Positions 9,554 to 18,700 of a stretch of DNA of 64,000 nucleotides are shown here, piece after piece. A program made the translations under genes and the position numbers. Position 1 is the first letter of the stretch. Each line of letters begins with the position of its first letter. Source of the stretch: Anaerolineae bacterium (GTDB lineage Bacteria > Chloroflexota > Anaerolineae > S140-20); contig JALUTT010000003.1 of assembly GCA_027021705.1 (NCBI GenBank), forward strand, positions 11,479 to 75,478, read 5' to 3'. The notes below the pieces were generated by a model that saw only the letters and a program-made list of their open reading frames with translations, searched no databases and was not told the DNA's origin.

Positions 9554-9888
9554 TCGCCATCCTCACCCACGAGCAGACGCAGCCGTCTCTCAAGATTATG
9601 GACCATTTGAACCAAGGAAGCCCACTCCACGTAGTCCATCCGGTCGTCGGTCTCGCCCGCCTGAAACCGGCGGTAGAACTCGTCAGACGGGAGACCATAC
9701 TGCTCTTCAAACTGGGCCAGGTCCGCCCGCAGTTGCTGTAGCTGGGCTCGGGTCACCTCGGCCTCGTGGGCAAGCAGTTTGTCCAACGTGCGATCTATTA
9801 CTTCACTGGCCTGACCGTGCTCATAGACCTCAGCCAGTGCCTTTAACCGCTCCGCTACGGTGCGAGGTGAGGATCGCACTAGACTCAT
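9550..9888 (-). CDS. Putative cognate antitoxin (TumA-like)
   Basis: ATG at 9888 after AAGGAG; LAQFEEQYGLPSDEFYRRFQAGETDDRMDYVEW motif; 4-bp GTGA overlap with the toxin gene. Confidence 0.72.
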   Translation of the reverse strand: MSLVRSSPRTVAERLKALAEVYEHGQASEVIDRTLDKLLAHEAEVTRAQLQQLRADLAQFEEQYGLPSDEFYRRFQAGETDDRMDYVEWASLVQMVHNLERRLRLLVGEDGE

Positions 9889-9961
9889 AGAGGTTGCTCC
9901 TTCAAGAGGACTCAACTCAGGCCGAATCTCCCAAGAGTATAGCACATAGGCCGAAAAGGTA

Positions 9962-10050
9962 CAAGGGGCAGGGGGCAAGGGGCAAGGACCGAGGACTGAG
10001 GACCGAGGACTGAGGACCACCCGACCAAGCGACCACTCGACCAAGCGACC
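9962..10050. repeat. Composite 7-mer/8-mer tandem array
   Basis: CARGGGG x3, GGACYGA x4, then CGACCA(C/A)N units. Confidence 0.85.
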
Positions 10051-10070
10051 AAAAAGAGAAGAGGCGAAGT

Positions 10071-12179
10071 ATGAAACGTTACTATCCGCAGCGACGGGTC
10101 CTACGGAGGCTGGAGAGGGGATGGACCCGCATCGAGGTCCTCCTAAACCGGCTGACGTCCGACAAGGTGGACGGGCAGGTCCGCCCCTGGAACCCGCTCT
10201 ACCACCTGGGGACCCTCGCCATCTTCCTCCTCATCGTGCTGGCGGTCACCGGCACCTACCTGACCATCTTCTACCGTCCAGGCGCGGACCGGGCCTACGA
10301 AACGGTGATGGGCATCAGCCACTCCTGGCTGGGATCGCTGATGCGCACCGTCCACCGCTACGCCGCCGACGGCCTGCTCCTGGTGATCCTGTTGCACGCC
10401 CTCAAGATGTTCCTGAGCGATCGCTTCTGGGGCAGCCGCTGGCTGGCCTGGGTGTCGGGATGGCTCCTGCTGATCCTGATCTGGATCATCGGTGTGATGG
10501 GTTATTGGCTGGTGTGGGACCAGCGAGCCCAATGGCTCACCGAGTACGCCATCGGCCTGCTGAAAGGGGCCTTCGCCCTGGCTTTCATCACCCCGGAGAT
10601 CGCCTCCCGAACCTTCGCCTTCTTTGTGATCATCCTCTTCCTACACATCTTCCTAAGCGTCCTGATCGTCCTGGGCATTCTGGTGCACGAACTGCGCCTC
10701 TCCCGCGCCCGCTGGTGGTCCCCCCGCTGGCTGATGGTCGGGACCGGCCTGGTCCTGGTGGCCCTAGCGCTGGCGCGACCTGCGACCAACGCCCCTCCGG
10801 CCGACCTGAGCCGGCTGGTCGGGACGATCTCCCTAGACCACTGGTACCTGGGGTTCCTGCGGCCCACCTCTCTGTGGGGCAACCTCCCCTTCTGGGGAGC
10901 GGCCGGCCTGGTGATGGCGGTGCTTTTGGCCCTGCCCTGGCTGGCCCGGGGACGGACGATGGGGCCGGCCGTGGTGGCGGAGCCCGCTTGCACCGGCTGC
11001 ACCCTCTGCTTCCAACAGTGCCCCTACGAGGCCATTGAGATGCGCCCCCGCACCGACGAGGCCCCCTATCCCTCTAGGGCCGTCGTCAACCCTGCCCTGT
11101 GCACCGGCTGCGGCATCTGCGTCGGCACCTGTGCGCCAGGAGGGATGGAACTGATCGGCTTGCCAACCTCACGACTACGCGAAACGATCCGGGAGGCCCT
11201 GGCCTCCGCCCGCGCTGCCGGTCAGGCCCCGGTGGTCATCTTCACCTGTCAACGCCACACTACCCTGGGCTCCCTCCCCGAAGCCCTCCCCGACCCAGAG
11301 CCGACGAAGGTCTTCTCCCAACCCCTCCTGCTACGGCATGCCTGGAGCGGGAGCAACCCCCATCTCCTCCCCCTGGTGAGCCTCTCCCTCCCCTGCGCGG
11401 GCATGCTCCAGCCGACGTGGGCACGGGAGAGCCTGAAGGCGGGAGCCCGGGCCGTGCTCGTCCTGAGCTGCCCCGAAGATGACTGCGCCTTCCGCGAGGG
11501 GCCTCGCTGGCTGGCCGAACGGCTGGGCCGCCGCCACGCCCTCGTGCGCCAGGGTGTCTATTGGCTGGAGGCCGCTCCCGGCGACCGCCACGCTGTGACG
11601 ACTCTGCTGACCCGCATCGCCGCCGGGGCCCCGGCGGACGAGCAGCCGCCAGCGGATACCCCTCAGCAGCGCGGCTGGCGTGGGATCGCCCGACGCTTGC
11701 GCTCGGGCCTTGTTGCCCTGGCTTTGCTGACCCTCACCTTCGGCCTGGCCCTGACCGCCGAACGTCCCACCACCGCCTCCACCCTCAACACGAGCATGAT
11801 CCGGCTGGGCCTCGCCCACCCGGGGAAGCTCAAAGCACCCTCGTCGGAGATCGCTCCTGAAGTGATGACCAAGCTGCCCGACAGCGTTGCCCCCGAACAG
11901 GTCCTGGGCGGTGAACGGTTCCCCGTGCACTTGCGCGTCGAGGTGGATGGGAAGACGGTCCTAGAGCGCACCTACCGTCCCCGGGGGCTGCGGCGCGAAG
12001 GGATAACCTACGGACTGGAGAGTTGGACTCTGTCGCCAGGGAGCTACAGGATCCGTATCTGGATGATGGACGATGGAGAGGCGTGGCGGCTTGTCTTCGA
12101 CGATCGGGTGGAGGTGGAGGCCGGTCGTGTCCGAACTCTGCTCTACGACGAAGAGGGAGCGGTCTTCCACCTGCACTGA
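10071..12179 (+). CDS. Cytochrome b(b6-like)-2x[4Fe-4S]-MvhD/FlpD-like fusion membrane protein
   Basis: Heme His in RTVHRY, LLHAL, LHIF, VHEL; CTGCTLCFQQCP and CTGCGICVGTC; FTCQ..LPCAGM..SCPEDDCAFREG. Confidence 0.85.
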   Translation: MKRYYPQRRVLRRLERGWTRIEVLLNRLTSDKVDGQVRPWNPLYHLGTLAIFLLIVLAVTGTYLTIFYRPGADRAYETVMGISHSWLGSLMRTVHRYAADGLLLVILLHALKMFLSDRFWGSRWLAWVSGWLLLILIWIIGVMGYWLVWDQRAQWLTEYAIGLLKGAFALAFITPEIASRTFAFFVIILFLHIFLSVLIVLGILVHELRLSRARWWSPRWLMVGTGLVLVALALARPATNAPPADLSRLVGTISLDHWYLGFLRPTSLWGNLPFWGAAGLVMAVLLALPWLARGRTMGPAVVAEPACTGCTLCFQQCPYEAIEMRPRTDEAPYPSRAVVNPALCTGCGICVGTCAPGGMELIGLPTSRLRETIREALASARAAGQAPVVIFTCQRHTTLGSLPEALPDPEPTKVFSQPLLLRHAWSGSNPHLLPLVSLSLPCAGMLQPTWARESLKAGARAVLVLSCPEDDCAFREGPRWLAERLGRRHALVRQGVYWLEAAPGDRHAVTTLLTRIAAGAPADEQPPADTPQQRGWRGIARRLRSGLVALALLTLTFGLALTAERPTTASTLNTSMIRLGLAHPGKLKAPSSEIAPEVMTKLPDSVAPEQVLGGERFPVHLRVEVDGKTVLERTYRPRGLRREGITYGLESWTLSPGSYRIRIWMMDDGEAWRLVFDDRVEVEAGRVRTLLYDEEGAVFHLH

Positions 12180-12291
12180 GCGCCGCACCCGGCTCAGGCC
12201 GCCAGACCATCGAGTCGTTGAAGGTGGAGCCCCCATCGGCCCAGCATGCTGGCATCCATCCGGCGCAGGCCGGGGAAAGGTGGAAAGCACG

Positions 12292-13242
12292 ATGACTTTT
12301 GAGCACGATCTGGTGGAATCAGGAGAGGTGCTGCCGGTGGCGGCGATCGCCCCGCCCAAGGCCGGGAGAGCCACTTCTCTCCTCCTCTGGCTGCGGGCGC
12401 TCCCCACCCTCTGCAAGCTGCGCGTCGTCGCCCTGTTGCTCTTCGCCGCAACGGGAGGGGCCCTCCTGGGGGCCGGTGGCTGGCCGGGGCTGGGGCGGAT
12501 GCTGGTGCTCCTGGTGACAGGAGGGATGGCCGCCTCGGGAGCCTCGGCTCTGAACCAGTACTTGGAGCAGGAGACCGACGCCCGGATGACCCGCACCCGC
12601 CGGCGACCGCTGGTGGTGGGCGTCATCCCCCAGCCTGACCGGGTGCCCTACGTGGCGGGCGCGATGATCCTGGTGCCCTCCCTGGCGGTGCTCCCCTTCA
12701 ACCCCGCCCTGACCTTCTTCTTGCTGTTGGGCGCTGCCATCTATCTAGGCGTCTACACCCTTTGGTTGAAACCGCGCACCCTGTTGAACATCGTCATCGG
12801 GGGGGCGGCGGGGAGCGCCGCTGTGCTTAGCGGAAGCGCAGCCGCCGGCGCGTGGAACGAGCCGGGAGCCGTGGCGCTGGCTCTGTTGGTCTTCCTGTGG
12901 ACCCCCACCCACTTCTGGAGCCTGGCCATCGTCTACCGCCACGACTACGCCCGGGGGGGTATTCCGATGCTGCCCCTGCAGACCAGTCCGCGTGCCGCTG
13001 CCTTCTGGGTGCTGGTGCACACCGGGGCCACGGCGTTGGCGGCCCTGATGCTGGCCGGACACCCGGCCCTGGGGTGGCTCTACCTAGTCCCCGTCGCCGT
13101 CGCCAGCGCCGACCTGGTGGTCCGCAACGCCCGGCTGCTGCGCCACCCCAACGGGCGCGAGGCCCTGTCCCTCTTCAAGGCGTCCAACTTCTACCTGGCC
13201 CTGGTGCTGCTGATGATCTGGGTGGACACCCTGCTTGGGTAA
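12292..13242 (+). CDS. ctaB: Protoheme IX farnesyltransferase (heme o synthase)
   Basis: KLRVV, LNQYLE..DARMTRTRRRP, YTLWLKPRT..NIVIGG, FLWTPTHFWSLA, DYARGGIPMLP. Confidence 0.95.
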   Translation: MTFEHDLVESGEVLPVAAIAPPKAGRATSLLLWLRALPTLCKLRVVALLLFAATGGALLGAGGWPGLGRMLVLLVTGGMAASGASALNQYLEQETDARMTRTRRRPLVVGVIPQPDRVPYVAGAMILVPSLAVLPFNPALTFFLLLGAAIYLGVYTLWLKPRTLLNIVIGGAAGSAAVLSGSAAAGAWNEPGAVALALLVFLWTPTHFWSLAIVYRHDYARGGIPMLPLQTSPRAAAFWVLVHTGATALAALMLAGHPALGWLYLVPVAVASADLVVRNARLLRHPNGREALSLFKASNFYLALVLLMIWVDTLLG

Positions 13243-13275
13243 CCACAACCCACCTCTAGTTGCCTGACCGTTGTC

Positions 13276-13312
13276 ACCCTCCCGTAGATCACGGGGGAAC
13301 CTGCGGGAGGGT
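13276..13312. repeat. Short degenerate copy of the ACCCTCCCG../..CTGCGGGAGGGT palindromic element
   Basis: ACCCTCCCGTAGAT..ACCTGCGGGAGGGT between ctaB and ctaA. Confidence 0.7.
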
Positions 13313-13348
13313 CCAACCCAAGAACGATACCGCGAAGGAGAGGTTCCA

Positions 13349-14275
13349 ATGGCTGTCTCTACAATGGATCGGACAAAGCCCCTCGTGGGGCGACAATCGC
13401 TGCCCCTCCTGGCCCTCTCGACGCTGATCAGCACGATCCTGCTGGTGGCGATGGGCAGCATTGTGCGGGTCACCGGCTACGGCCTGGGCTGCCCCGACTG
13501 GCCCCTCTGCTACGGACGGGTCATCCCGCCGGCCCTGACCGGGGCCTGGATGGAGTTCACCCACCGCCTTATCGGAGCTGCGACCAGCCTCCAGATCGTC
13601 CTCCTGGGGGTGCTGGCCTGGCGTCGCTACCGGAACCGCCCCTGGATCTTCCGTCCGGCGGTGGCCGCCGTCGGCCTGCTGGTCATCCAAGCGGTTCTGG
13701 GGGGGCTGCACGTCATCTTCGAAATCCCGCCTCTCACCGGCTGGATCCACACCGCCCTGGCGATGCTGATCGTGGGGCTGGTGGCCATTCCGCTGGCCCA
13801 CGCCTCACCGGCGCTCCCGGCCATCCGGGGAAGAGGGGAGGAAGCCTCCCCCAGCAGGGCCTTCGTTGCCTGGGTCTCGGGGACGGCGGTGGCTACCTAC
13901 CTGCTCCTGCTCACCGGCTCCTACGTAACCCGCAGCGGTGCCTCCCTCGCCTGCCCATCCTTCCCCCTCTGCGGGGTCCCCGTCGAAAACTCACTGACGC
14001 TGATCCAGATGCTCCACCGCTACGTGGCCTTCGGCGTCGCCTTCCTGGCTTTGGTGCTGGTCGCCTGGTTGGTGATCGGGCAGACGGACCGGCGGCTGGT
14101 GCGCCTGGCCTACGGTCTGGGAGCCCTGCTCCTCGTCCAGTTTGGGCTGGGCATCGCCAACGTGCTGCTCCGCCTGCCGATGTGGACCCGGGTCCTGCAC
14201 CTGACCGTCGCAGCCGCCTTCTGGGCCGGCGTGGTGCTGATCTGGAGCCTCTGCTGGGCTCCCGACAAAGGGTAG
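13349..14275 (+). CDS. ctaA: Heme A synthase (COX15/CtaA)
   Basis: GLGCPDWPLC, EFTHR, CPSFPLC, MLHR, LHL motifs; SD GAAGGAG. Confidence 0.92.
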   Translation: MAVSTMDRTKPLVGRQSLPLLALSTLISTILLVAMGSIVRVTGYGLGCPDWPLCYGRVIPPALTGAWMEFTHRLIGAATSLQIVLLGVLAWRRYRNRPWIFRPAVAAVGLLVIQAVLGGLHVIFEIPPLTGWIHTALAMLIVGLVAIPLAHASPALPAIRGRGEEASPSRAFVAWVSGTAVATYLLLLTGSYVTRSGASLACPSFPLCGVPVENSLTLIQMLHRYVAFGVAFLALVLVAWLVIGQTDRRLVRLAYGLGALLLVQFGLGIANVLLRLPMWTRVLHLTVAAAFWAGVVLIWSLCWAPDKG

Positions 14276-14298
14276 GATAGGGCGACAAGCAGGCCGAG

Positions 14299-14340
14299 GA
14301 CGAAAGAGGGCGCGGAGTCTCCTCCGCGCCCTCTTTCGTC
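14299..14340. terminator. Bidirectional terminator-like hairpin between convergent operons
   Basis: 19-bp perfect stem GACGAAAGAGGGCGCGGAG/CTCCGCGCCCTCTTTCGTC, 4-nt loop. Confidence 0.75.
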
Positions 14341-14363
14341 TCTCCCTCCGATGGGGTTGAAGG

Positions 14364-15488
14364 TCAGTGCCCTTCCCGTCTCTCCAGGGCCCGATAGAGG
14401 ATCAAGTACATCGCGTGGGACCAGAGGAGGGGTTTGGCCACCGGCCCCCAACGGGCTTCCCACTCCGAGTAGTGGGCAGGGGCCAGCAGATGGGTGGAGA
14501 CCTGCTCCGGCAGGTTCCCCTCCGGGTCGGCCTGGGCCTCGATCCAGCGCAGGAGTGTCTGGGCCCGCTCGCGCTCTCCCGCTTCCACGTAGTACCAACC
14601 CAGCCAGCCGGCCAGCAGGACCCACTCGCCCCCGCCGTAGTAGGTGTCGGCCCGGTAGCGGTGCACGCCGCCGCCCTCGCAGTGCAGCTCGGCCTCGATC
14701 CGCGCAGCGGTGGCCTGCATCAAGGGATCGGTGGGCGAGAGCAGGCGATGAGGGGTGGAGACGCCGATGAGGCTGGCATCCACAGCCGTGGTCAGATCGT
14801 CATCAAGGGTCGCCTCCTGCTCCGGTGGGCAGATCTGCTTGACCAGATGCCCGTCCCGCACGCCGTGGGTCAGCACGAAGCGGTGAACCTCGTCGGCCGT
14901 GGCCTGACCATCCAGGTTGAACACCCCCACAGCTCTGGCCGCCTGCAGGCCGGCGTAGATGGCGGATAGGGTGTAGGGGTGCAGGTATTGGGGATGCTCT
15001 TCCCACAGGTCGTAGCAAGGGTAGGCCCAGAGCGCGGCCAGATAGCGGGCTGTGAGCTTCACCGCCTCGCGCCAGGAGGATGGCAGGGTGTACGGATTAT
15101 CCCCCCGCCGCCGGACGTGCGCCGCCAAGGCCCAGAGCCAAGTGCCCAGCCCATCGAGCTGGAAGTTGGGCCACTCCTCATCGCCGACCTCTCCGTCGAG
15201 GGTGTAGCGCGTGTGCAGGTAGTCCTCCTCCAAGAGCCGGCCCCGCTCGGCCCGCCGGATCGCCCGTTCCGCCTGCTCTCGGTGACGCAGGATGGTGCGC
15301 ACGACCCAGTCGTGGAATCGGCGGGCGCTCTCGTGCTCGCCCACCACGTCCATAGCGTAGGCGATGAAGGCCCCATCCCGGAACCAAGAGTAGTGATAGG
15401 TGGGAAAGGTGGGTGAGGCCGGGTAGGCCCCGCTGGGAGCCTGGTGGGTGAGAATGACCTGGATGCTGTGCTGGGGAAGGTTCACCAT
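14364..15488 (-). CDS. Glycoside hydrolase family 15 (cytoplasmic glucoamylase/isomaltose-glucohydrolase-like)
   Basis: ASPTFPTYHYSWFRDG, FQLDG, DLWEE, DASL, RYRADTYYGGGEW, LPEQV, PLLWSHA. Confidence 0.92.
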   Translation of the reverse strand: MVNLPQHSIQVILTHQAPSGAYPASPTFPTYHYSWFRDGAFIAYAMDVVGEHESARRFHDWVVRTILRHREQAERAIRRAERGRLLEEDYLHTRYTLDGEVGDEEWPNFQLDGLGTWLWALAAHVRRRGDNPYTLPSSWREAVKLTARYLAALWAYPCYDLWEEHPQYLHPYTLSAIYAGLQAARAVGVFNLDGQATADEVHRFVLTHGVRDGHLVKQICPPEQEATLDDDLTTAVDASLIGVSTPHRLLSPTDPLMQATAARIEAELHCEGGGVHRYRADTYYGGGEWVLLAGWLGWYYVEAGERERAQTLLRWIEAQADPEGNLPEQVSTHLLAPAHYSEWEARWGPVAKPLLWSHAMYLILYRALERREGH

Positions 15489-15534
15489 CGTTGACCATCG
15501 CCCCTTTCTGCTGCACTGTGACCGTATCTATCAG

Positions 15535-15643
15535 CCTACCCTCCCGCAGGTCCCCGGTCGAGGGCGCTTTCAGCCCCGATGGGCTATTGGAAGCACGGTT
15601 TCGCGTCGGAAACGCGCCTAACCTGCGGGAGGGTGAACAGTTA
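15535..15643 (+). mobile_element. 109-bp MITE/REP-like element, copy 1
   Basis: 14-bp IRs ACCCTCCCGCAGGT (15538-15551) and ACCTGCGGGAGGGT (15621-15634); 105/109 identical to the inverted copy at 55882-55990. Confidence 0.8.
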
Positions 15644-15748
15644 CCTGTGACCAACCTTCTTCGTCGTCCCCATCTCTCGCGTCAAAGATGTGCCGACGGG
15701 GGCGCAGCGGTCCGCCCGGTACGGCTTGCTGCGCCCCCGCCCCCCTTC

Positions 15749-18700
15749 TCAGTAGCTGATGGTGATGTCCTGGGTCGTGTTGGCGCCGAGCGTGCCGTAG
15801 AGCTTCACCCGCCCGGTGGTGGCGTCGTAGCTCCAGCTCAACGTCGTGCCGCTCACGCCGGTCGGCTGGGCATCGGTCTGGACGTAGACCTCCACCGAGA
15901 GGGCCGTGGGAGTGTTGTTGTCTAGGTCCACCAACCGCTGATTGGTCCCCTTGGTGACCTTGATGTAGAGGGTGCCGTCCTTCAGCCGGATGCTGGACCC
16001 CAGGTAGTTCCAGGCGCTGGGCAGTTTGGGCGCAACGCTGAGGGCGTTGGCCGTCGCGTCGTAGCGGTAGTCAATGAAGGCCAAGAGATTGTCCACGATC
16101 TTGCCGTTGGACTCCCAGACGTTGGCCCAGGCGGTCTCCAGGGCGAACTGGTCGGGCCGCTTGTTCTCGTCAATCTGCTCGGCCCCCAGCCCCAGGTTGC
16201 CCAGGTAGCCGATGAGGTAGTCCACGTAGGCCTTGGCCCGGTCCACCTTCGCCGTCCCGGTCACCGCGTCGGCCCACTCCAGGTAGTACTCGCTGAGCCA
16301 GTCGGTGGGCATCATCCAGGGGCCGCCGTCGTAGTAGCTGTCCCCGTGGTCCCGGTAGTCGGCACCGTAGAGCTCTTCCTGGTCGGCCCGATAGCGGACG
16401 ACACCACCGTAGGCCATCTTGGTCTCGCTGAAGTCGGTGAGGGCCGGCTCCAGGTGCTGCACCGTGCTGACCGCAGCCGTCGTCGTCACCGGCTCGACGG
16501 CGAAGGGGGTCACCAGCCCCAGCATCGAGATGTCGGCCGACACATCGCGGTTCAGTTCCAGGCCGGTGTTGGTGCAGTAGCCCACCTTCTTGACGTAGCG
16601 ACCGTGGTCGTAGCGGCCCGTGGTCGCGTTGTAGAGGCTGTTGCGGATCCCCCACTCGAAGTCGGCCTTGCGGCTGTTGAAGGTGTTCTTCCAGGTGGTG
16701 TCCCCGATGGCGTCCATGTAGGCCGCTGCATCCCGCAGCCCGGCCACGATGTTGGCGTTCGAGTAGAGGAAGTAGCCCCACTTGTCCTCCCAGGCGTTCT
16801 GGGAGTAGATCAGCTTGAGGGTGCCGTCGTAGTTGAAGCACTCGTGGGGGTTCTCCGTCGAGGCCACATCGGCCGCCTCCCGGACCAGGTCACCGTAGCT
16901 GCTGAGGAAGGTGCTGTCACCGGTCACCTGGTAGTGGTACCAGGCTCCCCAGGGGATGATCGCCGTCTCGTCCACCTGGGGGTTCCACCACTCCGGCTCG
17001 CCGTCCATCGTGTACTTCTGGTACCAGTAGCGATGGTAGATGCCGTCATTGCCAATGTCGTTGCTCGAGGTATCGCGCTTGGCGGTGTTCCAGAGCCAGT
17101 CGTAGACCTTCGCCGCCACGTCGTGGATGCCCGCCCGGTCCAGCGTCACCGCGCCGTAGACGGCATCGCGGGGCCAGACGTAGAAGTAAGCGCCGTTGTA
17201 GGAGCCGGCCCCCATCCCGCCCTTCTCGGCGTCAAAGTAGAGGTAGGCGGTGAGCAGGCTGCGCTTGTAGAGGCGGTTGTAGGTCGCGTCGGGCGACTCG
17301 AAGGTGGTGGCGTTGGAGAGGAGAGTCGTCCAGAAGCTCTCCGTGGTGCTGCGCACGCTGTCCAGGTTGGCGTTGCGGAACCAGTCCACCGCCGGCTTGA
17401 TGTGGCTGGTGTAGAGGTCGGCCCCCGTGGAGGGCGTGTGGGCCCCCACCAGCAACAGGTCCACCCCCTGGCTGCCGCCGGCCGCGATGGTCAGGTCCTT
17501 GGCCAGGTAGGCCGCGTCCGTCTCTCGGTAGGTCTTGTAGCCGCTGGAGCTCCCCCGCAGCGCCAGGCCGAAGTCCAGCGTGCGGGTGCGACCCGTGCTG
17601 GCATCGCCCGGATCGTGGAAGAAGAGGATGTCGTCGGTGGCGTTGTAGCTCACGCTGTCCTGGGCATCCGCGCCGTTGATGTTCATGTCCTGGTAGTAGA
17701 GGAAGGTCGCGTTGAGGGAGGAAGCGCCGGTGTTCTTCACCGTGTAGCGCTGGATCAGGAGGCCGCGGATGGGGTTGTTGCTGGTGTCGTTGGGGAAGGT
17801 GATGTTCTTGGGGATGAAGGCCGTCTTCACCACCTGCAGCGGCAATGTCTTGTGGGTCGCCGTGAAGACGAGGGTCACCGTGTCGTCCACGTAGCTCTGG
17901 CTGTAGTCCCACCAGGTGGGGTCGTTCAGCCAGTAGTAGGTGCTGCCCACCTTCACCCCGGCGACCGACTTGTAGATGTTCACCTGAGCCCCCTCGGCCC
18001 CCACGCTGCCGTCTACCTTGATGCCGCTCCAGATGCCCAGGGGCACCATGAAGTCGAAGAGGGAGCCCCGGGCATCGAACTGGGCGAAGGCGTAGTTGTT
18101 CCCCGTGATCCCCTCGACCTGGTAGTAATCGGCCGTGGGAGCGTTGGTGCCGATGGACCAGTCCTGCCCCTCCCAGCGGTCAATGGTCCCGTCGTCGTTG
18201 TCATCCCAGGCGAAGGTGAAGTTGATCTCGGTGCTGCCGCTGAAGGGGCCGATGGTGGCCTCGTAGTCCTCGTAGGGATCGGAGGAGCCGTTGGGCACGA
18301 ACCAGGTGTCGGTCACGTTGTTCCAGTTGTCCGTCCCCCAGTGGACGTAGCCGGGCAGCCCCACCCGGAAGGTGAGGTAGTAGCCGTCGGGGAGGCGGTC
18401 AATCTGGGTGTCGAAGGCCCAGACGTAGGCCGGCTGCACCTCCAGGTAGTCCAGGTTGATGGCGGTGGCGTTCTGCGAGGTGAACCAGAAGACCACTTGG
18501 TGCAGCCCCGGCTTGAGGCGGACGGTGAGGATGCCGTCGCCCCAGGTATCCCAGTTAGCCAGCGACTTCATCGTCACCCGACCGGCGTACTGGCCGTCAA
18601 CGTAGACGTCGCGGGTGGCGGTGGAGCCGGTGGCGTTGGCGTAGCGGAAGCGCAGGACGTAGTCGTCTTCGGTGGGCGCGTAGACAAGGAAGGAGACGCC

